Shown here one piece after another: positions 19,071 to 29,510 of a DNA stretch of 64,000 nucleotides. Made by a program: the position numbers and the translations under genes. Source of the DNA: Anaerolineales bacterium (GTDB lineage Bacteria; Chloroflexota; Anaerolineae; Anaerolineales; UBA4823); assembly GCA_046259385.1 (NCBI GenBank), contig JBJYWI010000013.1, positions 7,529-71,528 on the forward strand. The letters are read 5' to 3'. The notes under the pieces were generated by a model. That model ran no database searches. It was not told where the DNA came from and saw only the letters and a program-made list of their open reading frames with translations. Position 1 is the first letter of the stretch; the number at the start of each line of letters is the position of its first letter.

Positions 19071-21176
19071 ATGTCCCGGATCGCGACCGTATATAAAGCT
19101 TTAAAAGAACTTGGACCACAACAGGTCGGTTTATATGCCTGGTACCAGCTGGGACTGCACAGCGGTTATTTCAACAGGGTAACAGATTCCGCATTGCGAA
19201 AATCCCGGACTCATCCGGAAAACCAGTCCTTTAAACCGGTCATAAATCCTCCTGGGCAGGACAAGTTAATTTCCCTTTTGGGGGAAAGCGGAATGTCCCA
19301 GTTGTTTACCGAAGCAGATCAAATTGCCGCTGGAAATGTGCGTTTGTTTGGTGCTGATCTTGCGCCCCTGAAGCTATCCTTCGATGAGCCGCTGAAGCCA
19401 TGGACGATGTATGAAATCAATCCTGAGCTTTTAAATAAGCTTATCGGCGATGATGGTGATATTAAATATCTCTGGGAACCGGCTCGCTTTGGCTGGGCTT
19501 TTACCCTTGCGAGGGCATATTATCTGAGCGGAAATGAGCGTTACCCGAAAGCGTTCTGGAAGATCAGCGAGGGATTTCTCGAAAATAACCCTCCTTACCA
19601 GGGTCCATTCTGGACATCCGCTCAGGAAGTCGCATTGAGATTAATTGCGCTTGTGTTTGCCCTTCAAATCTTCTGGGATGCTGCGGAGACCACTCTTGAA
19701 AGGAAAGGGAAGCTGCTGGAGGCAGTCAGCATACACGCCGCCCGCATCCCCGCGACACTCGCCTACGCACGCGCTCAGAACAACAATCACCTGCTGAGCG
19801 AAGCAGCTGGACTGATAACTGCTGGTACTGCTCTACCGGAACATCCACAGTCTGATAAGTGGAAAATTCTTGGCTGGCGCCTGATCAATGCAGGCTTCGA
19901 AGTGCAAATCAGCGACGACGGATCCTATATCCAGCACAGCGCCAACTACCACCGGCTTATGCTGCAAATTGCTCTTTGGGCAAAACGCCTCTCAATATCC
20001 GCGCCCGACCCCAGATATGGGCTCTCCCATGAGAGCCTTCAAAGGCTGGGCAGCGCGTCGCGCTGGCTTGGCACCCTTCTGGACCGGAAAAGCGGGATGG
20101 TGCCTAACCTTGGTCCCAATGACGGCGCATATTTCCTACCTCTCACAAATTGCCCATTCGAAGATTACCGCCCTGTCATTCAGGCAGCCTGCTGTAGTTT
20201 TCTTGGGGAACGAGCGTTGCCTCCCGGCTTGTGGGATGAATTACATCTATGGATTGGAAACAGCGTTCCCGTATACAATAAAACCAAAGAGAATTTTTCA
20301 GACATCTCAATTTCATCTGTCCGCCCGCCGCATATGCTTCAAATCCCATCTCATGATTCCTGGGCATTTATGAGGGTTGCCCATTTCAACGACCGTCCAG
20401 GACACTCTGACCAGCTGCATGTCGACATCTGGTGGCAGGGGTTAAACATAGCTCAGGATGCTGGCTCATATCGTTACAACGCTCCCCCTCCCTGGGATAA
20501 TGCATTAGCGAGCACCGACGTGCATAACACATTGACGGTCAATGATTGCGACCAGATGAACCGGGCCGGACGCTTTTTATACCTGGATTGGGCTCAATCA
20601 CATTTGTTAAAGCATGAAAGGGACCGAAACGGAAAATGGGAGCAGGTGATAGCCCAGCATGTCGGCTACAACCGCCTTGGGGTCACACACAGACGCACCC
20701 TGACTGCCCGCGATGATGGAACTTGGCGCATTGAGGATATGGTTTTCTCCAGCGATCAGAGCCTGGAAAATAGGAACGCACCGTTCACAATTGCACTGCA
20801 GTGGTTGCTCCCAGACTGGCCCTGGGAGGTCCTTGATTCTGATGCTTATCATCCCGAGGAAAACCCTGAACATCCGATCGATTCAGATCCGCACGGGATT
20901 CCCGCCGACTGGTGGAAATTCGGTCTCAATCTGCTCTCGCCCAAAGGTCCTATTCAACTCTTTGTCTCTGCCGAAAAAAAGGAACCCCTGCCAGCGGTTC
21001 AAATTGTCCGGGCTGGAGAACTGGTTCACGGGCATGGCGAAGTCTCTCCTACATGGGGCTGGGTATCTCCCACGTATGGACTAAAAACACCTGGATTATC
21101 GCTGCGTATAAAACAAACGATAGAGCTTCCCCTAAATTTAACCAGCCTTTGGGTCCTGCCTGAGCTGGAAGATTGA
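19071..21176 (+). CDS. Heparinase II/III-like (alginate-lyase superfamily) protein
   Basis: 701-aa ORF. NNNHLLSEAAGL...DGSYIQHSANYHRLMLQ matches the N-H...Y-H region of the (alpha/alpha) toroid. HSDQLHVDIWWQGLNIAQDAGSYRY...HNTLTVN matches the Hepar_II_III C-terminal domain. Confidence 0.8.
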   Translation: MSRIATVYKALKELGPQQVGLYAWYQLGLHSGYFNRVTDSALRKSRTHPENQSFKPVINPPGQDKLISLLGESGMSQLFTEADQIAAGNVRLFGADLAPLKLSFDEPLKPWTMYEINPELLNKLIGDDGDIKYLWEPARFGWAFTLARAYYLSGNERYPKAFWKISEGFLENNPPYQGPFWTSAQEVALRLIALVFALQIFWDAAETTLERKGKLLEAVSIHAARIPATLAYARAQNNNHLLSEAAGLITAGTALPEHPQSDKWKILGWRLINAGFEVQISDDGSYIQHSANYHRLMLQIALWAKRLSISAPDPRYGLSHESLQRLGSASRWLGTLLDRKSGMVPNLGPNDGAYFLPLTNCPFEDYRPVIQAACCSFLGERALPPGLWDELHLWIGNSVPVYNKTKENFSDISISSVRPPHMLQIPSHDSWAFMRVAHFNDRPGHSDQLHVDIWWQGLNIAQDAGSYRYNAPPPWDNALASTDVHNTLTVNDCDQMNRAGRFLYLDWAQSHLLKHERDRNGKWEQVIAQHVGYNRLGVTHRRTLTARDDGTWRIEDMVFSSDQSLENRNAPFTIALQWLLPDWPWEVLDSDAYHPEENPEHPIDSDPHGIPADWWKFGLNLLSPKGPIQLFVSAEKKEPLPAVQIVRAGELVHGHGEVSPTWGWVSPTYGLKTPGLSLRIKQTIELPLNLTSLWVLPELED

Positions 21177-22397
21177 ATGCACATCCTCCTTATCCACCAA
21201 GCCTTTGTCGCCCTGGACGAGCCGGGCGGCACCCGTCATTATGAATTGGCCCGCTACCTGGCTGAGCGTGGTCACCGTGTAACCGTCATAGCAAGCGAAG
21301 TCAGTTATCTAACTGGCAGACGAGAAAATACAGATTCAAAAACTGAATTGTTCGAAAATGGCGGCAGAATCCAGATCCTGCGAACATACACCTATCCCGC
21401 CCTGCACCGCAGCTTTTTTCACCGTTTGCTCAGTTTCTTCAGCTTTATGCTGTTTTCGTTTCTTGATGGGGTTAAGGTCAAAAATCTAGATCTGATTTGG
21501 GGCACTTCGCCACCAATTTTTCAGGGGGTAACTGCCTTATCCCTGGCGCGATTAAAACGGGTGCCTTTCCTGTTCGAGGTGCGCGATCTGTGGCCTGCGT
21601 TTGCCGTGCAGGTCGGAGTACTGCGCCAGCCAGCTCTGATACGCGCCTCGCAATGGCTGGAAAAAACGCTGTACCGCAGTGCGGACCAGTTAGTCGTCAA
21701 TTCCCCCGGTTTCCTATCCCACGTCAAAGAGCGCGGCGGAAGGAATGTGAAACTGGTGCCTAACGGCACCGATATCGAAATGTTCAGCCCACATATTGAA
21801 GGAGCTGATTTCCGCGCTGCCCACAACCTAGCGGACAAGTTTGTGGTTCTTTATGCCGGCGCACACGGCTTGTCCAATGACCTCGGTATCCTACTCGAAT
21901 CTGCGAGGCTCCTTTCGCAACGACCCGATGTCCAATTTGTTCTGCTGGGAGATGGCAAAGAGAAACCAAATCTGGTTGAGCAGTCGCGTAAACTGGGGCT
22001 GAAAAATACGCTCTTCCTGCCTGCATGTCCAAAATCTCGCATTGCGCAAGCTGTAGCCGCCGCAAATGCCTGTGTGGCAATCTTAAAACCTGTTCCGCTT
22101 TACGCAACGGTTTACCCGAACAAGGTTTTTGACTACATGGCGGCTGGAAAACCAGTGATTCTGGCTATTGATGGGGTTATCAGGTCAGCAGTAGAAGAAG
22201 CCGGCGCTGGGATATTCGTCCAACCGGGAGATCCGGTCGCACTGGCTCAGGCTGTCGAATCGTTGGCTGATGATCCGCAGCAAACTAGGCGCATGGGCGA
22301 AAGCGGACGAGAATATGTGGTCAAGCACTTCAACCGGGTTGATCTCGCTGAAACACTTAACCAGCTCATCACCCGGATGGTCACGGGTGGAGTCTGA
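21177..22397 (+). CDS. Glycosyltransferase family 4 (WbuB-like)
   Basis: 406-aa ORF. MHILLIHQAFVALDEPGGTRHYELARYLAERGHRVTVIAS is the typical WbuB-type N-terminus. The ATG directly abuts the TGA of the heparinase-like gene (TGAATG at 21174-21179). Confidence 0.8.
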   Translation: MHILLIHQAFVALDEPGGTRHYELARYLAERGHRVTVIASEVSYLTGRRENTDSKTELFENGGRIQILRTYTYPALHRSFFHRLLSFFSFMLFSFLDGVKVKNLDLIWGTSPPIFQGVTALSLARLKRVPFLFEVRDLWPAFAVQVGVLRQPALIRASQWLEKTLYRSADQLVVNSPGFLSHVKERGGRNVKLVPNGTDIEMFSPHIEGADFRAAHNLADKFVVLYAGAHGLSNDLGILLESARLLSQRPDVQFVLLGDGKEKPNLVEQSRKLGLKNTLFLPACPKSRIAQAVAAANACVAILKPVPLYATVYPNKVFDYMAAGKPVILAIDGVIRSAVEEAGAGIFVQPGDPVALAQAVESLADDPQQTRRMGESGREYVVKHFNRVDLAETLNQLITRMVTGGV

Positions 22398-22445
22398 TCC
22401 AATTTCGATTTTGTTTTAATTTCTGGGGGTCTTACAGCTGGAAAA

Positions 22446-23540
22446 TTATCCCTGCGCTTCGATTTCGGATATGGGCCAATTTGGAACCACGTCCATATCC
22501 AACCCATCCCGGAACCCATTAATCATCCTGAAATATCCAGCCCCGGCAACCATGGCGGCGTTATCTGTGCACAAATAGATGGGCGGAATTTGGACAGGGC
22601 AGGGAGCCTGGAGTTGTATTGCTCTCCGCAGCGCCTGGTTTGCTGAAACCCCGCCGGCTACAAGAATTTCCTTTGCATTAAATTCTTCCGCGGCTTTTAC
22701 AGTTTTGCCAACTAAGACTTCAACCACTGCTGCTTGAAAACTTGCCGCAAGATCGGATACAGGAAGCAAACGCCCTTCCTCCTGAATGGACTGCACATGC
22801 CTTAATACTGCCGTTTTTAATCCGCTGAATGAAAAATTCCAGCTGTCCCCTAACCATGCTCGGGGAAAATTGAACGCTTCCGGATTGCCGCCCTGAGATT
22901 CTTCCTGTATCGCTGGACCTCCGGGGTAGCCCAGGCCAAGCAAACGGGCGACCTTATCAAAAGCCTCCCCGGCTGCATCATCCAGGGTTCCCCCCAGGCG
23001 TTCATATTGCAGGTGGTCTTGCATAAGCACCAGTTCAGTGTGCCCACCGGACACAATCAACGCTACCAGTGGAAATTTAGGATCTTTCTCCCTGGCAAAT
23101 TTCTGCCCCCGGCTATCCCCTGCATATGACCGCTCGAGCCAGGCTGAGTAAATATGGGCTTCCAGATGATTTATGCCAACCAGGGGAACCCCGGCGCCCA
23201 TCGCCATTCCCTTTGCCATATTCATTCCAACTACCAGCGAACCAGGCAGGCCTGGTCCGCGGGTAACTGCGATCCCGTCTACTTCTCCCAGGTTAAGATG
23301 CGCTTCCTCAAGCGCTGAATCTACAATTGCCGATATCGTCAGGATATGCTGTCGAGAGGCAACCTCCGGGAACACTCCGCCAAATTTAGCATGCAGTTCA
23401 ACCTGTGATGCAACTGCGTTTGACAGGATTATTCTTCCATTCTCGACAACCGCTGCCGCTGTTTCATCACAGGAGGTCTCAATCCCAAGAATCCTGGCAA
23501 TCTGCTTGGGTTCTGGGAACAGGCGCTGCTGTAGGTCCAT
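22446..23540 (-). CDS. tsaD: tRNA N6-adenosine threonylcarbamoyltransferase TsaD
   Basis: 364-aa [35 protein letters not shown] (metal-binding HxxxH), [10 protein letters not shown]. Confidence 0.9.
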   Translation of the reverse strand: MDLQQRLFPEPKQIARILGIETSCDETAAAVVENGRIILSNAVASQVELHAKFGGVFPEVASRQHILTISAIVDSALEEAHLNLGEVDGIAVTRGPGLPGSLVVGMNMAKGMAMGAGVPLVGINHLEAHIYSAWLERSYAGDSRGQKFAREKDPKFPLVALIVSGGHTELVLMQDHLQYERLGGTLDDAAGEAFDKVARLLGLGYPGGPAIQEESQGGNPEAFNFPRAWLGDSWNFSFSGLKTAVLRHVQSIQEEGRLLPVSDLAASFQAAVVEVLVGKTVKAAEEFNAKEILVAGGVSANQALRRAIQLQAPCPVQIPPIYLCTDNAAMVAGAGYFRMINGFRDGLDMDVVPNWPISEIEAQG

Positions 23541-23557
23541 ACAATTATCCCTATTCT

Positions 23558-24808
23558 CTATTCACCAAAATTGTACCCCTTAACCGGAAGCACGAAATCC
23601 ATTGGGTAATCAACTAGAACCTCTATCTCACCATCCGGGCGAATCCAGACGGTGTCTTCCAGCCGCACTCCCATACCTCGCTCCGGGTAATATAAACCGG
23701 GTTCAATGGTTACGACCGAACCGGGCAGTAATTTATGCTTGTTTGTGCTGACTGCGCTGAACCAGGGGTATTCGTGCACATGCAGTCCAAGCCCATGTCC
23801 CAGACTGTGGACGTAGCCGTCCTTTGTTCCGGGCACACTCCGTATGGTGGAATGACCCTGCTGTTCAAACAGTTCGCATACCCGCTCCTGGTACAGTCTG
23901 CAATACTCTCCCATTTGCAGCTCACCTGTCACAGTTTGATACACAGAAAACACGTCCGCATACAACCGCTGGGCTTCCTTAGAAGCGTAACCCAGGCACC
24001 AGGTGCGGGTGAAGTCGAAATAATAGCCTCCCCCTGCTTCACACGGAAAGATATCAAACACAATAGTCTCACCCAGCCGGAGCACATCTTCAAGATCACC
24101 GGTGCTGTGTGGCACGCCGGCATCTCCACCCTGGGCAAAAATAAATCCTTCCGGCAATTCCGCTCCGTTCTCTGCAACCCACAATCTGATTTGGTTTTTA
24201 ACGTCGCCAATGGTCAAAAATGCGCCGTCTTCATTTAGAAGCGCACCATCTCGAACCTCTCGGGTGGTTAAGAAGTCCGCCGTCTTGTGTACAACATCTA
24301 CTGTTATCATGCCCATTCGCCGGATGCGATCAATCTCGTCGTGATCCTTGGTGGACATCGCCTTGAGCAAAATCTCGCCGGCTTCTTTTCCATCAAATGA
24401 AATCTCCGGAAACTGCTCCCGAAGTTCTGAAAACACCGCATAAGCGGTGCCTGCGTCGCGCATACCAGCAACAGCTACACGTCCTGCCTCGAGGCCAGCA
24501 TGTTTGAAGATCCGCTGGTATTTTTCCACCTCGGTTCTGATTGGATCCCCGCCCCCGATTCGCCGTATCTCATCCAGTCCAATGTCGGTCAGATCGATCG
24601 TCTTTAGCCCGGTTTTTGCTGCTTCATCCCGTTCCATTGGATAATGAAACAGCGATGGTTCAGCACCGGGCTTGACTATCAGATCGGCGCTGTTTAAATA
24701 GGCTCCGCCAGTCAGGTAAACCATTCCCGGGTTGTGCTGTCCGGAACCGGTGATCAGCAGCGCGTCAACTCCGCTTTTTGCCATCAATCTCTCAATATCT
24801 GTTTTCAT
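23558..24808 (-). CDS. pepP: M24-family Xaa-Pro aminopeptidase
   Basis: 416-aa ORF with a creatinase-like N-domain. [15 protein letters not shown] and [23 protein letters not shown] are the M24B metal-ligand motifs. Confidence 0.85.
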   Translation of the reverse strand: MKTDIERLMAKSGVDALLITGSGQHNPGMVYLTGGAYLNSADLIVKPGAEPSLFHYPMERDEAAKTGLKTIDLTDIGLDEIRRIGGGDPIRTEVEKYQRIFKHAGLEAGRVAVAGMRDAGTAYAVFSELREQFPEISFDGKEAGEILLKAMSTKDHDEIDRIRRMGMITVDVVHKTADFLTTREVRDGALLNEDGAFLTIGDVKNQIRLWVAENGAELPEGFIFAQGGDAGVPHSTGDLEDVLRLGETIVFDIFPCEAGGGYYFDFTRTWCLGYASKEAQRLYADVFSVYQTVTGELQMGEYCRLYQERVCELFEQQGHSTIRSVPGTKDGYVHSLGHGLGLHVHEYPWFSAVSTNKHKLLPGSVVTIEPGLYYPERGMGVRLEDTVWIRPDGEIEVLVDYPMDFVLPVKGYNFGE

Positions 24809-24814
24809 TTCTGT

Positions 24815-26167
24815 CTAACAAATAATCTTTCTGACCTGTTCAATAAAGGCTTGATCCTGTTCGGGCATGACTGTCCTAGGGTCAAAAACGACCATCTCAT
24901 TCTCAAGTCTCGCGATAACCGCGGGTTGTCCCGCGCGTAATTGATCCAATAACCTGTTTGGGCTGCGCGCTTGAATTCCAAGCAGCCAGGTTGGCAGGAT
25001 CTCTTCTGGCAAACTCCCGCCGCCCACTGTGGAGGCACCTTCCAACAATATGCTTCCCTTAAGAATCTCTGCCCACCTCTCTGCCCGCTTTCTCAGACTT
25101 TCAAGAGGTGCAGCGATCATGCGCCAGACCGGAATTTCCTGCTCGGCTTCATCCTTTATGTAATGCATCAAAGTCGCTGATAGTCCTGCCAGACAGAGTT
25201 TATCAGCCCGGATCGCCCTGGCAAGCGGGTGCTTTTTTAACCTTTTAACCAGGTCCGACCTGCCCACAATAATACCTGCCTGCGGACCTCCGATAAGTTT
25301 ATCACCAGAGAAACAAACCAGGTCCGCTCCCATAGAGAGCGATTCGACCACCATCGGTTCATGTCCCAGGCCATACCTTTCGGTTTCCAGCAGCGCTCCT
25401 GAACCCAGATCATCCACCAGAGGAATGCCTCTCTTTAACGCCAATTCGCCGAGCTCATTCAATCCGGGTTCTGAAGTAAAACCAATGATCCTGAAATTAG
25501 AGCGATGGGCGCGTAGGATCATAGCCGGATTCGATTCTTCGATCGCGTTTATGTAATCGGACAAATGCACCCGGTTTGTTGTGCCAACTTCAACCAGCCG
25601 GGCTCCGGATTGTTTCATCACATCCGGCACCCTGAACCCGCCTCCAATCTCCACCAGCTGTGATCTGGCAATAACTACAGCCCGCCGTTTTGCCAGACAG
25701 GTCAGGATTAAAAGCAGCGCTGAGGCGTTGTTGTTCACCGCTAATCCTGCTTGCGCGCCTGTCAGCCTAGTCAGAAGCGCTTCGGCATGGATGAGACGGG
25801 ATCCACGCTTTCCCCGGTCAAGATCATATTCCAGCGTGGAGTAACCCGCTGCCACGCTCTTTACGGCTTTGATAGCAGAACGGCTCAAGGGCGCTCGGCC
25901 TAGATTGGTATGCAGGATCACACCCGTGGCATTTATTACTCCCACCAGAGTCGCCTTGGTCCATTCTCTCAGGGCTGTCTCACAGCGTTCAAGCAATTCC
26001 CCTTCATCCGGGATACTTTTACCCTGTTCATGGCTGGAACGGACATCTTCCAGCGTGAACCGGATCGCTTCGATGGTCAATGACCGCCCATAATGATTTA
26101 ATAACTCGATCGCTCCGGGTGTGTTAACAAACTGATCCACTGAAGGCAGGGATCTCAACTCGCTCAT
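24815..26167 (-). CDS. selA: L-seryl-tRNA(Sec) selenium transferase SelA
   Basis: The track ORF is 24815-26206. I prefer the ATG at 26165-26167 (MSELRSLPSVDQF, compare the E. coli SelA start ...RSLYSQLPAIDRL). That ATG overlaps the TGA of the upstream ORF as ATGA. VINATGVILHTNLGRAP, LEYDLDRGKRGSR, LVEIGGGFRVPDVM, FSGDKLIGGPQAGIIVG (PLP-Lys) and RADKLCLA all match SelA. Confidence 0.85.
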   Translation of the reverse strand: MSELRSLPSVDQFVNTPGAIELLNHYGRSLTIEAIRFTLEDVRSSHEQGKSIPDEGELLERCETALREWTKATLVGVINATGVILHTNLGRAPLSRSAIKAVKSVAAGYSTLEYDLDRGKRGSRLIHAEALLTRLTGAQAGLAVNNNASALLLILTCLAKRRAVVIARSQLVEIGGGFRVPDVMKQSGARLVEVGTTNRVHLSDYINAIEESNPAMILRAHRSNFRIIGFTSEPGLNELGELALKRGIPLVDDLGSGALLETERYGLGHEPMVVESLSMGADLVCFSGDKLIGGPQAGIIVGRSDLVKRLKKHPLARAIRADKLCLAGLSATLMHYIKDEAEQEIPVWRMIAAPLESLRKRAERWAEILKGSILLEGASTVGGGSLPEEILPTWLLGIQARSPNRLLDQLRAGQPAVIARLENEMVVFDPRTVMPEQDQAFIEQVRKIIC

Positions 26168-26559
26168 GGTTTCCATTGACTGCGCTCCCTCAGACGAAGC
26201 AGCCATTCAATTACCACGAAACCAATTGCCAGTATCAGGGCGATAAATGGATTGAGCACTCTTCCAATTTGCAGCCATACCAGGGTCGGGAAATAAATCC
26301 CAAACCAGAGCGACTGCCGTACGATAACCCCTTGGGTCGCGGGCGGGATTGAGTGAAAGCGCCGGTTGAGAAAAGCCATTACAGGTAAAGCTGCCCCTGT
26401 CAGCGCAAGTACACCGGCAAAAAAGAAAAGCCAGCGAGTCCCTCCGCTGGGCGTTGTGTAACGGTACAGTAGATACAGACCGCCCCAGCCCAATAGAACC
26501 AGGAAAACCGAGGTGGGTATGAAAAAACTGACCGGGGGAGATGTTTTAGATTCAACCAT
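26164..26559 (-). CDS. Hypothetical small membrane protein (4 TM), translationally coupled to selA
   Basis: 131-aa ORF with four hydrophobic segments. Its stop overlaps the selA start (ATGA). I recognise no family. Confidence 0.5.
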   Translation of the reverse strand: MVESKTSPPVSFFIPTSVFLVLLGWGGLYLLYRYTTPSGGTRWLFFFAGVLALTGAALPVMAFLNRRFHSIPPATQGVIVRQSLWFGIYFPTLVWLQIGRVLNPFIALILAIGFVVIEWLLRLRERSQWKP

Positions 26560-26761
26560 CAGGGTCTTTATTCTTATTCCTGCGTTTTTTTTGAATTATT
26601 AAAACGAACGGGGCGATAATATTCATCATCTAATTAAAAGGATAACCATGATTAAACTGCCAGCTTAGGGGAAATTATACATTAATCTCTGCCTGTGAAA
26701 CCAATGCAGCCCGCGCCGCAATCACAAACCAATAAAAATCTCCGGTTAGATTGATATTGAA

Positions 26762-26801
26762 CAAAAAACAGGCGTCCAATTATTTTAACCTGGACGCCTG
26801 T
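26762..26801 (-). terminator. Rho-independent terminator of dnaK
   Basis: Perfect 11-bp stem acaggcgtcca (26768-26778) / tggacgcctgt (26791-26801) with a 12-nt loop. On the minus strand it is followed by TTTTTTG. It lies 46 nt downstream of the dnaK stop. Confidence 0.75.
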
Positions 26802-26846
26802 TCAGATTCGCTGCAACTTTGTCTTATGCTATGCTTTCAACGTTGT

Positions 26847-28778
26847 TTAGGCTTCGTGAAATTCACCCTCAATAACTTCATCTTCATCCGAAGAAACGCT
26901 ACCCGGGCTGGCAGCTGCTGGACCATGGCCGTTCCCACCTGGCATGGTTTCGCCAGCCGCGCCGCCAGAAGCCTGTTGCTGGGCATATAGCTGCTGGCTG
27001 AGAGCATGGAATGCATTCTGGACTTCATCAACCAGTTGTTTGATATGTCCCGCATCCTCGCCCTTCATCGCCTCCCGCAATGAGTCGATCTTTGCCTGGA
27101 TATTCTGGCGTTCGTTTTCTGGGACCTTATCACCCAATTCTGCCAGAGTTTTTTCGGTCTGGTATGCCAGACTGTCTGCGATGTTGCGGGCCTCAATCAA
27201 CTCGCGCCTCTTGCTGTCTTCCGCTTCGTGCTCACGGGCTTCCCTGACCATCTTGTCAATCTCATTCTGGTTGAGATTGGTTGAAGCAGTGATTGTGACG
27301 TTTTGTTCTTTTCCAGTAGCTTTATCCTTTGCAGCCACGTTAAGGATGCCGTTTGCATCAATATCAAATGTAACCTCAATTTGTGGAACACCGCGTGGAG
27401 CTGAAGGGATACCTTCCAGCCGGAAACGACCCAGGGTCATATTATCTCCTGCCATGGGGCGTTCTCCCTGTAGCACATGGATATCAACAGCTGTCTGGTT
27501 ATCTTCCGCAGTAGAAAAGACTTCGGTCTTCTTGATCGGAATGGTTGTATTCCGCTCGATTAATGTGGTCATAACCGAACCGAGGGTCTCAAGTCCAAGT
27601 GATAGCGGAGTAACATCCAGCAGAAGTACATCCTTCACATCACCGCCCAACACACCTGCCTGGATAGCCGCGCCTACCGCGACAACTTCATCCGGGTTGA
27701 CGCCTTTATGAGGTTCTTTATCGATAAATGTTCGAACCAGATCCTGCACCATCGGCATGCGGGTTGCGCCTCCCACAAGGATAATTTCATCAATCTTGTT
27801 TGCGCTCAGCCCAGCATCCTTCAAGGCTGCGTTGAAGGGTCCTTTTATTCGTTCCACAAGATCCTCCGTCAGCTGCTCAAACTTCGCTCTCGACAATTTC
27901 ATCTGCAAATGCCTTGGACCGGAAGCGTCCGCGGTTACATAAGGCAGATTTATCTCAGTTTCCATCACACTAGAGAGCTCAATTTTCGCCTTTTCAGCGC
28001 TTTCGCGTAGTCGCTGCAGGGCTTGTCGGTCTTTACGCAGGTCGATCCCATTTTCCTTCATGAACTCATCAGCGACCCAGTTTACAATCGCCTGGTCCCA
28101 ATCATCTCCGCCCAGGTGAGTATCACCGTTGGTCGATTTTACTTCGATAACTCCCTCACCGACTTCCAGGATACTTACATCAAAAGTACCGCCTCCTAAG
28201 TCAAAGACCAGTATGGTCTCGTTCTCCTTTTTATCAAGACCGTAAGCCAGAGCGGCTGAAGTAGGTTCATTAATAATCCTGAGCACTTCCAGCCCGGCAA
28301 TTTTTCCGGCGTCTTTGGTTGCCTGCCTCTGGCTGTCGTTAAAATATGCCGGTACAGTGATTACAGCTTTCGTCACCGTTTCTCCCAGAAACGCTTCGGC
28401 ATCCTTCTTGAGCTTTCCCAAGATCATAGCCGAGATTTCCTGCGGGCTGTATTCTTTTCCATTGACGGGTATTCTGACTCTGGCATCGCCAGCCGGACCT
28501 TCAACGACTTTATAAGAGACCATTTCACGCTCATTTTCGACCTCATCGAAGCGCCTTCCCATGAAGCGTTTTATCGAATAGACAGTATTGTCGGGATTTA
28601 CAACTGCCTGTCGTTTCGCAGTTTCACCAACCAGCCTTTCGCCATTTTTATTAAAACCAACCACCGAGGGCAGCAAACGTGAGCCCTCCGCAGTTGTGAT
28701 AACAGTCGGATCGCCGCCTTCCATTACAGCAACAACGCTGTTAGTTGTCCCGAGATCTATACCAATAATTTTAGACAT
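26847..28778 (-). CDS. dnaK: Molecular chaperone DnaK (Hsp70)
   Basis: 643-aa [47 protein letters not shown] lies 6 nt upstream of the ATG. Confidence 0.97.
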   Translation of the reverse strand: MSKIIGIDLGTTNSVVAVMEGGDPTVITTAEGSRLLPSVVGFNKNGERLVGETAKRQAVVNPDNTVYSIKRFMGRRFDEVENEREMVSYKVVEGPAGDARVRIPVNGKEYSPQEISAMILGKLKKDAEAFLGETVTKAVITVPAYFNDSQRQATKDAGKIAGLEVLRIINEPTSAALAYGLDKKENETILVFDLGGGTFDVSILEVGEGVIEVKSTNGDTHLGGDDWDQAIVNWVADEFMKENGIDLRKDRQALQRLRESAEKAKIELSSVMETEINLPYVTADASGPRHLQMKLSRAKFEQLTEDLVERIKGPFNAALKDAGLSANKIDEIILVGGATRMPMVQDLVRTFIDKEPHKGVNPDEVVAVGAAIQAGVLGGDVKDVLLLDVTPLSLGLETLGSVMTTLIERNTTIPIKKTEVFSTAEDNQTAVDIHVLQGERPMAGDNMTLGRFRLEGIPSAPRGVPQIEVTFDIDANGILNVAAKDKATGKEQNVTITASTNLNQNEIDKMVREAREHEAEDSKRRELIEARNIADSLAYQTEKTLAELGDKVPENERQNIQAKIDSLREAMKGEDAGHIKQLVDEVQNAFHALSQQLYAQQQASGGAAGETMPGGNGHGPAAASPGSVSSDEDEVIEGEFHEA

Positions 28779-29510
28779 AATATTCTCCTTTTATAATTCA
28801 ATTAAAAGATGTATAAAACATAAAAGCCATCAAAGATGACAAAGATTTATTGCGTACGGTATATCTGCAAACACAATATAAATATTCAGGTTTTCAATGC
28901 ACATGTATAGGATAAACAGGCAATACATGAAAGGCGTTAACGGAATATAGGAGAAATATCAATATTTAAACTGGACAAATAAATCGCTGCTACTGATAAG
29001 CACGCCTTTTTCCAGATCGATTCCATACAGGATTCACGATTTGGAATCGTCTAACATTTATTTTCTTCCTTCACCCTCATTGATTTCTTTAAGATATGGA
29101 GATTCCGCTCCCTAGCCATTCTTTTCTCAAGCTAACCTTCCCCTTCTATATTGGGGATTACTATTATCATCCCCCTGCAATTGGGACTTAAATGCAGTAT
29201 TGTGTCAGGTATAGAAATTGCAACATATTTTGATTTTTTTAAGATTCTTGATTCTTAAATTATTGTTTTTTTTTAGATAAAATCGGACTTCCTCTATTGC
29301 CTATCTCACCATATCGGTTAGAATAGTAACCCAACAGTTCAGGGTTGAATAATAACTTTCAAGCTGGACTAGATCAGGGATGCTGTTCTTATCATTTTAG
29401 GTAACTGACCTGCTCAACTTAATAGGAAATTACGGTCGCTCCACTGCTGGTACTGTGGAACGTGAGGGGTATAGTTTGTCCTATTCCGGGAACAGCGCTG
29501 AGGAGAATCG
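28779..29510. other. ORF-free AT-rich divergent intergenic region between dnaK and dnaA; candidate oriC plus the dnaA and dnaK promoters
   Basis: 732 nt with no ORF of 60 aa or more in any frame. A very AT-rich tract lies at about 29225-29285 (tgatttttttaagattcttgattcttaaattattgtttttttttagataaaa). An 8-bp inverted repeat is present: cgattcca (29018-29025) / tggaatcg (29042-29049). By eye I found no perfect TTATCCACA boxes. Confidence 0.35.

Noticed and set aside
26944-27711. 255-aa plus-strand ORF
   Set aside because: It lies entirely antisense within dnaK. The translation is a Ser/Pro/Ala-rich low-complexity product typical of shadow ORFs opposite a highly expressed gene.
28779-28900. CIRCE (HrcA operator, TTAGCACTC-N9-GAGTGCTAA) upstream of dnaK
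   Set aside because: No match to the inverted repeat was found in the roughly 120 nt upstream of the dnaK start.
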